Origin: Acanthaster planci
Taxonomy: Eukaryota
Length of the DNA stretch: 49,507 bases
Assembly: GCF_001949145.1 (NCBI RefSeq)
Contig: NW_019091357.1
Location: forward strand, 1,244,671 to 1,294,177
Direction of reading: 5' to 3'
Of the stretch, positions 35,481 to 46,121 are shown one piece after another. The position numbers and the translations under genes are program-made. The first letter of the stretch is position 1; each line of letters begins with the position of its first letter. The notes beneath the pieces were generated by a model. The model was not told the origin of the DNA, ran no database searches, and worked only from the letters and a program-made list of their open reading frames with translations.

Positions 35481-38400
35481 TCAGAGTGAGGATTGAAGTC
35501 GTTTCCTTAATTCTCTTCGGAGGATCTTGCCACTAGCCGACTTGGGGATCTGATCTATGAAGACAACCCCCCCACGAAGCCACTTGTGTGGGGCAGCCTT
35601 CTCTGAAATGGCACAATTCAGGACAGAAAGAGGATTGGAAATCAGTTTCAAAGTCCCATGTGATTTGTCCACAGCTGTGTCCTTGAGCATACAAAGATAT
35701 TCATCCATAGGCAGTCTCATCTACGTCATAAACATCATGCGCGCAGTAGCATCTTTTCATGCAAAGGATTACAGGTTGTGCACATTCTGTTGAAAATGAC
35801 AGTACCTTGCTAGATGCATCATCCAAACTTTTGCTCATGGAACTTGAGTTTGTTCTGATTACTAAAGCTGGTTCTCACTAAATCACTTTCTCTGGCCAGT
35901 CCTTCCTAGTATGCCAATTAGAGCCTATTTACAGGTTCCAAATGATGTGAATAGTGCAAGGGTGGATCTCGATGGGGGGCCACCCCCCCCCAAAAGAATG
36001 CATTGTTTTTACATAATGAAAGGTATTTCATTCCCCCCTCCTTCAAAAGGGGTTTGAAAGGCCCCACATGTAGCCACACCCCTCATAAGACCGTAATAGG
36101 TACATTACTTGTAAAACTTCTCTAAGTGTTTTGGCACAAGTTTTCCCCACTCCCTCCAAGTGGGTTTTGTATCTCCTCTTTCTAGGATAGGGTCAGGAAT
36201 AGCACCCATCAGTTTAGGGTCTGTTGCTTCACCAAATACAGAATTTAATCTGAGTGATCACTCGACAGTGAGCCGGCCACCAAAACCGAAGATTCCTGAG
36301 GGAATACATGCATGCCGTATCAGGCCCCTTGTAGCCTCTACCATTTATCACAGCTCTCACCTGCCACAAAGTCCTGGACCATCTCAGGGGTCAGGCTCTC
36401 TGTCTTGCGGACCACAAACGCCCGGGGCAGCTCGCCAGCTGCTTGGTCAGGCACCCCTATCACCCCAGCATCCAGAATCTGAGGATGTGTAAGGAGTAAG
36501 GCCTCCAACTCTGCTGGGGGAACCTGGTGGGGGAAATTTCACACAACCTTCTGTTCACCTGCTCACTGCTGGGTGGTTTGAAAAATGCAGTGCACATAAT
36601 CAGGACTTTATCAAGATTTTTAGTTTTCAAAATTCTTCAAAAATTCATCATTTCAATTAATGGACGTTTACACCCACACGAATTACTGTCTGGTAGCCAC
36701 TGTCTGGTAGCCATTAGTCTGACAGACAAATCTATTGACGCCCGAGTATTTCAGCCAGGCCTGCTGCCTTGTAAAAAGAGCCCAGGCACAGTGCGCTGCT
36801 GACCTCATTTCAATAGGGACCAGATCAGCGTGCAGCAGTGCTGTGTGGCTCATCGCTGTGGTAATCCGCTCGCACTAAATGCCCAAAACCATGGTATACA
36901 GTTTCAAAATTTATCTCCACTATTGAGAGTGAAAAAATGTTGGTAATGCCCAGCAGCCTGGTCTTTTGTTCCGAGTACGGTCTTTTGTTACAAGGCCCAG
37001 TTCCCTTTGTCTGATTTCGGAGACCCTGGCCACATGTATAAACACATGGTGCCCGAAATCGGAGTCCCCGGTGGCATGTGGTTAACTTGCTATTAATACC
37101 TTCCCCATTGTTAAGATGTTGTGTGCCTAACACTGCCTATTAATTTAATTCAAGTCAGAACCTAACTCAGACATAGAAGTTACTCTTACTTGGAATGCCT
37201 TGTATTTGATGAGTTCTTTGAGTCGATCTGCAATCCACAAAAAGCCATCTTCGTCGATATGACCAATATCACCTGCAGGGTGAAAGATAGGTAAAGGTCA
37301 TAATTCTGAACACTGCATTTCAACGGTACACACATTAAATTTCAAAGGCTGCCAGAAACAATTTAGAATGCCTTGAGCACTTAATTTGGAGACACCGACT
37401 GTCATGAGAAACTCAGGTCTGCTCCGAGAGATTTCTAATGGAAGCAAGCATCATGATCTCTTCGTAACAAGTCCACATTACGTTGGGAACAAGTCTCAGT
37501 CTCAGTCTCCAAGTCTCGGTCTGAAAGGAGTGGATCTCAGTCTTGGTCTGGAATTGCCTTGGTCTTGTCTCGGACATCAAGGTCTCGAATACAACACTGT
37601 AACTACTCCACATTACATTGGGAACAATTCAACTTACACAACAGGATCTCTTCCTATATACCCCCCAGGTACACGCAATTATGTACAAAATAAATAGATT
37701 TTGAAAAACAAAATGTCTCCACCTGTGTGCAAGAAGCCATCTTTGTCGATGCTCTGTGCCGTGGCTTCTGGGTTCTTGAGGTATCCTTTCATGGTCTGTG
37801 GTCCTCTCAACCAAATTTCCCCGTCTTGACCTGGGCCAAGAGGTTTCCCTGAAGTGACATCAATGACCTAGGCAAAACAAGGAACCAGCAAAACATTAAT
37901 TGGATCTTTTACTGAATCTAAATCCAACAGGTCTCCCGCTGATGTTAGAAAACAAACGTCTTTCATTTTTCTAGTCCTGGAAAAATCTTGCACCCTATGT
38001 AAGCTTTCTTTTACCCTTTTTGCGACCCACATATTTACTATGACTCTAAACGACTCTCAACCAGCGGGGGAAATGGAAGACATTGATAGGTCATGGTTCG
38101 TACTCTGTGGTCTAAACAAGATGCAACGCATTGCAAGGTGAACGACCGATTTCTCAGCACGTACAGTAGTTCATTGGAAAGGTTGAGAGTACTGGGAAAT
38201 GGGTGAAAATTGATGGGCCCAATCGACTGCTAAAACTTACTTCACGGTTTTAAAAAAGAGGCCTGTGGTTCTTTCATTATAGTACAAGTAAATGCATGTG
38301 ATAACATTATTTCTAAGAGTTATGTTCGATCAGCAATGAGCCATTTCACTGTTATTTTGTAGGCGGACAATGTGACAAATTTGTTTCAAAGTTATACCTT

Positions 38401-41292
38401 CATCTCAGCGTTTGGCAGAAGCAACCCCACCGATCCATAGTTGATGACATTGTAGGGTGTTACGGAAATGGCACAAGATACCTCTGTTAGACCATATCCT
38501 TAGGGGAAAAAAACTAATCAATTCATTTATTAAAAGCTCAAAAATGCCACTCTCCATTTCACAGAAATTTCTTGGAGAAACAAAACTTTCCTCAGAGTGT
38601 TTCAGTCACGGCAAAAAGGTTAGAACGGGCAGCTCATCAAGACAAGGACAAAATTCTTATCAAAGACATTTCACGGAAGATGGCCAAGGTGCCCGTTCAA
38701 AATGATGATTTCCATTTTTTTTCAATACCACAAAACTTAAAACAGAGGTTCACTTTGCAACTGGATGGGAACCATCCTTCTAACAGACAAAATGCAGTAT
38801 TTAGTATGGAAATCTGTTTTAATTCCCAAAGTCCAAATGACAGGAATTGTATTACTGGAGGGAGGGATTTATACTTGTCAATTTGCTTTCCTTCGGAGGG
38901 AAATCAGGACAAAGCCCATATGAAGCATCTGAACTAACCTTGTATGAGGGATTTCAAGTTAAGCCTGTTAGCAATCGTCTCCATTATTTCTTGGCTGAGT
39001 GGAGCAGCACCTGCTGTTATTTGACGTACTGATGACAGGTCGTACTTGTCCACCAAGGGCGACTTAGCCAGGAACAACATGAGAGGAGGCACCAGCGAAA
39101 GCAAAGTGACCTACAGGGAACACAGCCGGTCACATCTCAAAATCTCAGAGAGCATTTGCCTCAGACAAAACTGGTCCAATGGACAAGCAATGTTGCCAGC
39201 TAGCTGTGCGTTTGGGATGGAAAAACTACAGTATATCATTGGCTGGATTCATAGCAAGCTGATGTAGGTACGCACTAATCTAGGGCATGACAAATTATCG
39301 GGTGAAGACAATGACTGTCACAATGGGGGGGGGGCCGAATCATGTTTCTGATTCTTTGTTACGGTTTACCAAAATAGATGACATTGGTAATTACCTTGTA
39401 GTCCTGTATGCTCCGCAAGAAAGATTCTGGTTGGAAGTATGGAAGGCTAACGATCCTTATCCCCAACCAAAGGAACTGTAGCAGGCAGTAGTTCAAGCCA
39501 TAGACGTGAAAGAAAGGAAGCAGGGCCAATGTACAATCATCTGGGTAGACCTCGAGGATGTGCTTGCTGATCAATACCAGGCAAAGAAAAAAAAAAGGTT
39601 TTTTATCTTCAGTGGAGAGACTGGCAGGGGAAGTAAAAATCAAGTTACTTTCTGGAAATGAGGGCAGTCAAAGCCAGGAACAAATTTCAGACTGAAAATG
39701 AGACTCAATGCAGTTTGGTATCCAGCAGGGAGCAGAGAGAGCAACTAACAATGCTGCATTTGTGCCTACTCAACCCAATGACATATGTGAACAGGTGCGA
39801 GTAGGCTGAAGATACCATTTCTTGATTTATGAAAGTCAACACTGAGTTTTTAAGGATTTCAGTCAACAGCATCTACGTTTCAATACATGTGTAATCCCCA
39901 CAACTATGCGTGTCTCTCCCACACCTAGGGCAAATGTTGTTTACTAACTCCATTTCTTTGATGCCAGTTGACAATGACAAAGTCTTTATCGATACGAAGC
40001 ACCTCCTCCTCAAAGAAGAGACAGGCAAGCAACCCACCTGGTTCGCTGGAACATGTTACTGATGATATTCCGGTGAGTCAGCATGACACCTTTGGGCTGT
40101 CCTGTGGTCCCACTGGAGTATGGAAGCAGGACTGTGTCATCAGGGTTGACCTTTGGCCTTGGAAGACTCTTCCCATCATTGTTGAGAAGTGACAGGTAGG
40201 GGGTACATCCCGGGTGCTCGCCAAAAACAACAACCTCCTTTGTAAGAAAAAAATGGCCCCCCTAAAAAAATCTATGCATCTTACTTCTTGAAATCAGAGG
40301 TGATTTCTGGTAACACTGAGCAAAATGCAACAGAGGTGGAGCAATTTTTCNTGGTAACGTACCTACAGTGTACTTTGGGTTCATGGTAGTCACAACCCCA
40401 CCAGCATTCATGACGCCCAGCAAGACTACTACGTACTCCAGACAATTGGGGCTGTAGATTGCAAACACGTCGTCTGCCTTGAAGCCCTTGGAATGCAAGC
40501 TGAATCGAACCTTTCTGACCAGAAGTTTGATCTGCTTGTAAGTGTACATATGCCCCGTAATGCCATCGACCTAGTCCAGAGAAAAAGACGAGAGGAATTT
40601 TGCAATTAATAAATGAAACTTTGAATGCCAAGTTCTATGTTTCACCAAGAAGCTACACGGTTATGCTTAGTGCTTTTTGCAAAGCCTTGAAGAAAGAAAC
40701 TTACATCTTGGACTAGATTAAAAAATATAACTTCATCTTCTGGTGCAGGCATCTTGACAGACTGACTACCAAGCTCCTCAGAGCTGACTGATTTGAAGTT
40801 GAGAACTTTGCAAGTTACGCACTAATTGGCATGGAATTTAAATGCAGTTAGAGTGTGAGGTTGATTTTAAGGCCAGAAATTTAACCGGTCACTGATTCCG
40901 GAGTTCTAATGGCTTAGTTGACCCTGCTGCGAGCAGCACCATTTTCAATGCAATTTTTCTTTCAAGAAGTTGACAAATATCCAAGAACAGTCCAACTAGC
41001 TGATTTAAAATGTGTTTTGAACTCATCTTAACGAGCTCGCTGCATGACCATTACTCAATCAAAAATTACAAATTTTGCCGTTTTACACCCCTGTAGAAGT
41101 GTTTGTGAAATGTTATACCCAGTGTTGGCTCAAACTTTAATTGCGGTTCAACGTATAGCTACGTTAGAGGAGAGAGATTTCTAATACCATGGCAACTTGG
41201 TCTCCATAGTGATCAAAGGGCTCCATGATAAATTCATCAACAGCCATGTTGGGAAAGCTGACGTCAGGAAACTTGCTTTTGAAGATTGTCAT
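35481..41292 (-). CDS. 4-coumarate-CoA-ligase-like / firefly-luciferase-like acyl-CoA synthetase, copy A
   Basis: Exons 41292-41188, 40570-40363, [missing exon at the N at 40351], 40237-40038, 39566-39395, 39110-38939, 38498-38398, 37867-37723, 37272-37190, 36523-36361, 35602-35481. ANL-family motifs: [78 protein letters not shown]-terminus RKRLQSSL*. Confidence 0.9.
36560..37085 (+). mobile_element. piggyBac-like MITE, copy 2, inserted in an intron of ligase copy A only
   Basis: Right TIR CCCGGTGGCATGTGG-TTAA at 37067-37085. The body is homologous to 5542-5764 and 41646-42210. The equivalent intron of copy B (47098-47225) is only 128 bp and has a TTAA at 47152-47155. Confidence 0.7.
37472..37627. 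mobile_element. hAT-like MITE fragment (GTCTC subrepeats) flanked by a 21-bp direct repeat; also present in copy B (~47497-47650)
   Basis: Ends in CAACACTG (37592-37599). TCCACATTAC(G/A)TTGGGAACAA occurs at 37472-37492 and 37607-37627. Confidence 0.5.
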
Positions 41293-41645
41293 CTTGTTGC
41301 TAGGTGCAGTGAATGTGGTTAACTGCTCAGGAAATTAGGGACAAACTATTAAAAGGGAAAAATAATGACAAAATACGATAATTTTCCAAATAATTGAATA
41401 TAGGGCCTACATGTGCTTAGGTAAATGACTAGTGCAATGGTCACTCAGCACAATCGCATGATGATGGTGACTTCCAATGGATCCATTATTGAAATCTGCG
41501 ACTATACTTCCCTTTTTGAAACAATGCTCCTGAAAAACCAAAGCCAAGTGTTTTCTAAGTAAATGCTTCAGAATTTCCCAGCTAAATTTCACTTCTTAGG
41601 ACATGTTATCACTTTCTGAATACTTTTATAGGCCTAATTAAAAGT

Positions 41646-42212
41646 TTAACCATTTACTGCCGGGTGGATTTTTCTTGAGCAAGACAAGATGCCGTCTCAT
41701 TTTCAAGATTTTACGTTTTCACAAATTCATCATTTCATTTAATGGCCGTTTATACCAAAATGAAGGACTCTTTGGGCACTATTCTAAAGCTGACAGGTAA
41801 AATTCATTGACTCCTTAATTTCAGCCAGGCCTGCAGCCTTGGAAAAAGAGCCTAGATTGTGCGGTGTTACGTAAGATTCTTTTGTTCCCGAAGCCGGCAC
41901 CGTGCACTGCTGACCTCTTTTTCAATAGGGGACAGAGCGGTGCTGTGTGGCTCATCGCTGTGGTGGTGGAGTGCTTTTGTCCCCGGTGGTAATCCGCTCG
42001 CTCTAAATGCAGTGCCTAAAAACGAGGTATACTGTTTCAAAACGAGGCTGGATTTTCTCCACTATTGAGAGCGAAAAAATGTCGGTAATGCCCAGCAGCT
42101 CAGTCTTTTGCGCTGAGCACAGTCTTTTGTTATAAGGCGCGGCTTCGGGCTCCCGGCTCTGCATATAAAGCCTATGTACTTGAAAGCAGGTCGCACTGCA
42201 GGAAGTGGTTCA
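41646..42212 (+). mobile_element. piggyBac-like MITE, copy 3 (more diverged)
   Basis: Starts TTAA-CCATTTACTGCCGGG. Shares TTTCAGCCAGGCCTGC.GCCTTG.AAAAAGAGCC, GTGCTGTGTGGCTCATCGCTGTGGT and CTCCACTATTGAGAG with copy 2. Degenerate right end GCAGGAAGTGGTT. Confidence 0.6.
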
Positions 42213-44469
42213 GGGGGAAATTAGTTTTGACTGTATACACAATTGAACTCTTAGTTTCACTGAAAGTTTCAACAATTCACAAAGATGGCCACAGTGACCA
42301 TGTACCATGCTGCAGTGTGACTAAACTCACCATATGCAGCCAGAAGTGAGACGGCCGAATCCATAGGTCTTCCTACTCCTAGCCTTGTAGCACCGCTATA
42401 CAAGGCTGCAGAACTGAGCATGCGCATTAACGAGCAGAAGTTCACAGGTACGCTATGAAAGCCTCGCAGTACATATCCAGGGCGTGGGGGGGGGTACCCA
42501 TCGGCCCCATATCGTACGTGCCAGTGCACAACATGTAACTTGTGCGGTATGATGGGGTCATGTGCATGAATGTATAGGCCAAATAACACAACAGATGTAA
42601 GCAGGAAGTTACAATAAAGTTCATGCATGCGCGATACCCCGTGGCCATGGTGGCATACATACCAGCTAGGAAGGTTTTCACGCAACACTTCATGTGGAAT
42701 ACATTACCCACTAGTTAGCCTGTATGTATGATCATGCATGTGGATCCGGGAGGTGCAACATTTACATCCAATTTCCAAATATTTACGTGTGCCACCGGCT
42801 CCCTCGTCAACGTAGGCCTACTGCGTGAGGTAGGCTGTACGCGTACGTACGGAGCAATTGCTGGCGCGGCAAGCTAGCTGGGCTTGTCTCTGGGCTTTGA
42901 AGCTGCGCGCCTCTGAGCGCTTGGACGAGTCCCTGGCAGAGTCCGAACTGCTTATTTTGTGGCTACGGATAGTGCAGTTTTTGTTACACCAACGGGAATG
43001 TGGGAAAAGGCGTTAGGGCAGTCCATAAGTACACATGTACCCTCCTTCATGTACATGTGCGTAGGGACGAAATGCCGACTTTTCAGGACCCCGCCTCCCC
43101 GGGCCCATGCAGCGCACCTTCATTAAACTGACATCTACAATGCACTGTAGTACTGCTATTCGCACGTCGCTTCCAAATTCTGAAATAAATGACCAAAGTA
43201 ATAACAGGTTTTTATATGGATATTTCTTTATTGAAAGGCCCTGGAAAGTGTGATTTGCTTGGCAGCTTAAAAAAAAGATGTTCACACATGGCTTGAACCC
43301 CCCTCTGCTCTGTACGCATGGCGTACTCAACGCCCCGCCCCTTTCGTACGTACGTACTTTGTAGACGGCCCCTTATCCAGCCTCCCTAACTTTACGGAAA
43401 ATCCTGGATCCGCCCCTGATTTAACTTTTTATATCCGTTCTTATCAATGACAATTAAGCCACCGTGTCACAACTAAATATCTTGAGGGTTACTTCAAATG
43501 ACTCGATTTGTTGCAGATTATTATAAATTTTTCCATTTCAGGAGATGACACACATCTGTTTGTATATTGTATCGAAATTGGAACTCAACTTTGTGACAGA
43601 GGAGAGAGGGGCCGTGCCAGCATATCTCACCTACACTGGGCATGTGTAAAATAATTGTGTAAATCATCGATACTCAATTCGTAGTTCACTATTTGTACAG
43701 CATGCAGGTGATTAACCCATGGAGGAATGATTACAACTCATTATCAAAAAGCTTGCCATCAGCCTTAAAGGGACACAGGGACCATAGCTCAGGTTTAAGT
43801 TATGTTCCTGTTGAAGAGTAAAGACCCCGATCAAATTTGATCCAGATGAAGTTATTGACATGAATGAGAATTGCATGTAAGTACCAAAGAAGTTACTATC
43901 AATTTTGAGTATTTCTGTTGTTCCCTCAGTGTTTCAATTTATTAACATCGATATAAGCCAGTCTGATTGACATGTTGAATGTATGCCTTTGAATACCGTG
44001 CATGATCCAGATGGTCCTTAGCAATCTTGAAGCTTGGGTACAACTGTTAGTTATAACCTAACTTGTGATATTTTGATCATTCGTCATGGGCCCATCATTG
44101 GTGTTAAAGTCGCACAAGTCCTACTGATTTCAGGTTTTACTTGAGGTATGAATTGAATGTATATCCTGGTATATCTGTGAAACAGTCTAGATCTGCAATT
44201 ACATCGGATCTAAATCCAACTAAAGGTAGTCCTTACACTGATGGGCCCATTGACTCTTAGCTAGTTCGAGAAAAAAGGTAAATTTTGAGTAAATTGAAAA
44301 GTTAGATTTTATCCCTTTATACAGGTACCTTATTTAGGAATATTCATGTAACTTAGAAACGAGCTTTTAAAGCCATGACATCATGACAAATGTCTGCTAC
44401 GTATGCATGCTGAATAAAATCGAAACCAGAAAATGATGAAGGTTTTTGAAAATTCGGTTTTAAATGTAA

Positions 44470-44795
44470 TTGACCAGAAATTGGTGAATTTGTTGCGTAA
44501 AAGCTTTGACCAACACTGCTGCCCAATATTGGGTCAGATATCAACCGTCTAAATCACTGGATAATTTTGAACCAAGATTTCGTTCAATAATTAGCCCAAC
44601 ATTTGGTTAAGGATTATTACCCGTTTTTGAGCGAAAGTTTTTACCAACAAATTTTGTCAAATTTTTACCCAATAATTGAACAATCTTATTTGCCCAACTG
44701 CTGTTGGTTCAAGTTTTGCCCAACTTTTGGACCAGTTGATATCTGACCCAACGTTCGTCATAAATGTTGTATAAACTTTGACCAACTCGATTTGG
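44470..44795. mobile_element. MITE-like element with internal inverted repeats
   Basis: 17-bp perfect IR TTGGGTCAGATATCAAC (44529-44545) / GTTGATATCTGACCCAA (44735-44751), with many (G/A)CCCAA/GACCAA subrepeats. Confidence 0.55.
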
Positions 44796-45421
44796 GAGGC
44801 AACTACTTACAACTAAGAACTTACAAATTTCAAACTTAATGGAGGAAATCTTTGCCAGCAACACCTGCCATTAAAATTCACCATAAATACTGCATAAATT
44901 ACCATCACGTATAACTTAATTTAAAAATGTGGGTATACGTTTACAGAATGGATAAATGGATAAAAGTAAACAATTTGAAAATATATTAATTAAAATGGAT
45001 TTTAAAGTTATTATATAAAATCTTATTGCATGCAAGAGTTATAAGGATTAAGCAGAGTGACGTAAACGAAAATTCAATCCACAGTAGTGCGAGGTTTTCA
45101 ACTGATTAGCGGTGATTGATGCAAAATGAATCATCAAAAATGAAAACTGATTTCCTTTTGCAAACAAACTGTTCTTAAAGTCCACAAACTCAACCGATTT
45201 GTCTCGTGAAATTAGAAGCATATAATTTAGTGTTGTCTTCTGGAGGGAAACTGTAATTATCGTCAATGATGTTAAGTATTATCCGAAGAGACGAGCAGAA
45301 GCCTTCAAGCCAAGGACAAAAAGGCCCTTAAACTAATCGGCATATAGGTAGCCAGAATCCAAATACCAGGTCTTCCATGATTTGTGCAACCTCAAAAAAT
45401 GCCAGACCCTATACCTCTTTC

Positions 45422-45523
45422 CGTTGATATCTTGACACGTTCTCTCAAAAGTCGTCTGAGAATCTTACCGCCCACCAACTCAGGTATTTTGTCCAGAAAC
45501 GCAATCCTTCCGCTTAGTCACTT
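45422..45523 (-). pseudogene. Relic last exon of an older 4CL/luciferase-like paralog
   Basis: Translates to K*LSGRIAFLDKIPELVGGKILRRLLRERVKIST, aligning without gaps to [29 protein letters not shown]. The Trp codon is now TGA (45520-45518), and no upstream exons are present. Confidence 0.75.
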
Positions 45524-46121
45524 TAAACTGAGTTGAATTTAAACTAAGTTGACAGTTATAAAGAAGGATGTTAAAATGTCATTAAAGACCCAGTTTGGTG
45601 CTAATGAATTGTATGGAAAAATAAACACTAAAGAGCACAAACTCTGTATTGAAGTGAGTCGAACGTAGCTTTTGACTTAAATTAAAAGTACATAAATGGT
45701 CTCACAAAGGAACAATTTATGGGTAGCCTCTCTTCTGAAAACTGACACCATAACAATTTGTAGTGATAAAATAATTTTTGGAAAGAGGGTTTAATTCATA
45801 AGAAATTCATTACAAATCTGATAGAACATAAATAATTCAAATTGAATTTCTTCTCATTAGAAAAGGAGTTGGTGACAAAAACTTAATCCTCAAGCACTTT
45901 CCATACGTTTCAACTTTCCACTTTTTTTTCTTGACAAAACTGGCAATGCCATGCAGAAAAACGGAAAAATAATTTCAGTGCAAAGTCCATCTGCACCGAA
46001 AGCCCTTACAAATCACTTCACTGAATTGCTGAGTAAATACGAGCCTTTCCTGTCAATTCATAACTTGGCAGTGTTACCAGTCAGAGGGTGTTCACCTTGT
46101 CAATCAGAGTGAGGATTGAAG

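Noticed and set aside
43631..43700. Candidate non-coding first exon of ligase A (donor TAG|GTGAGA on minus)
   Set aside because: Plausible, since an acceptor precedes the ATG exon, but a donor motif alone cannot support a call without transcript data.
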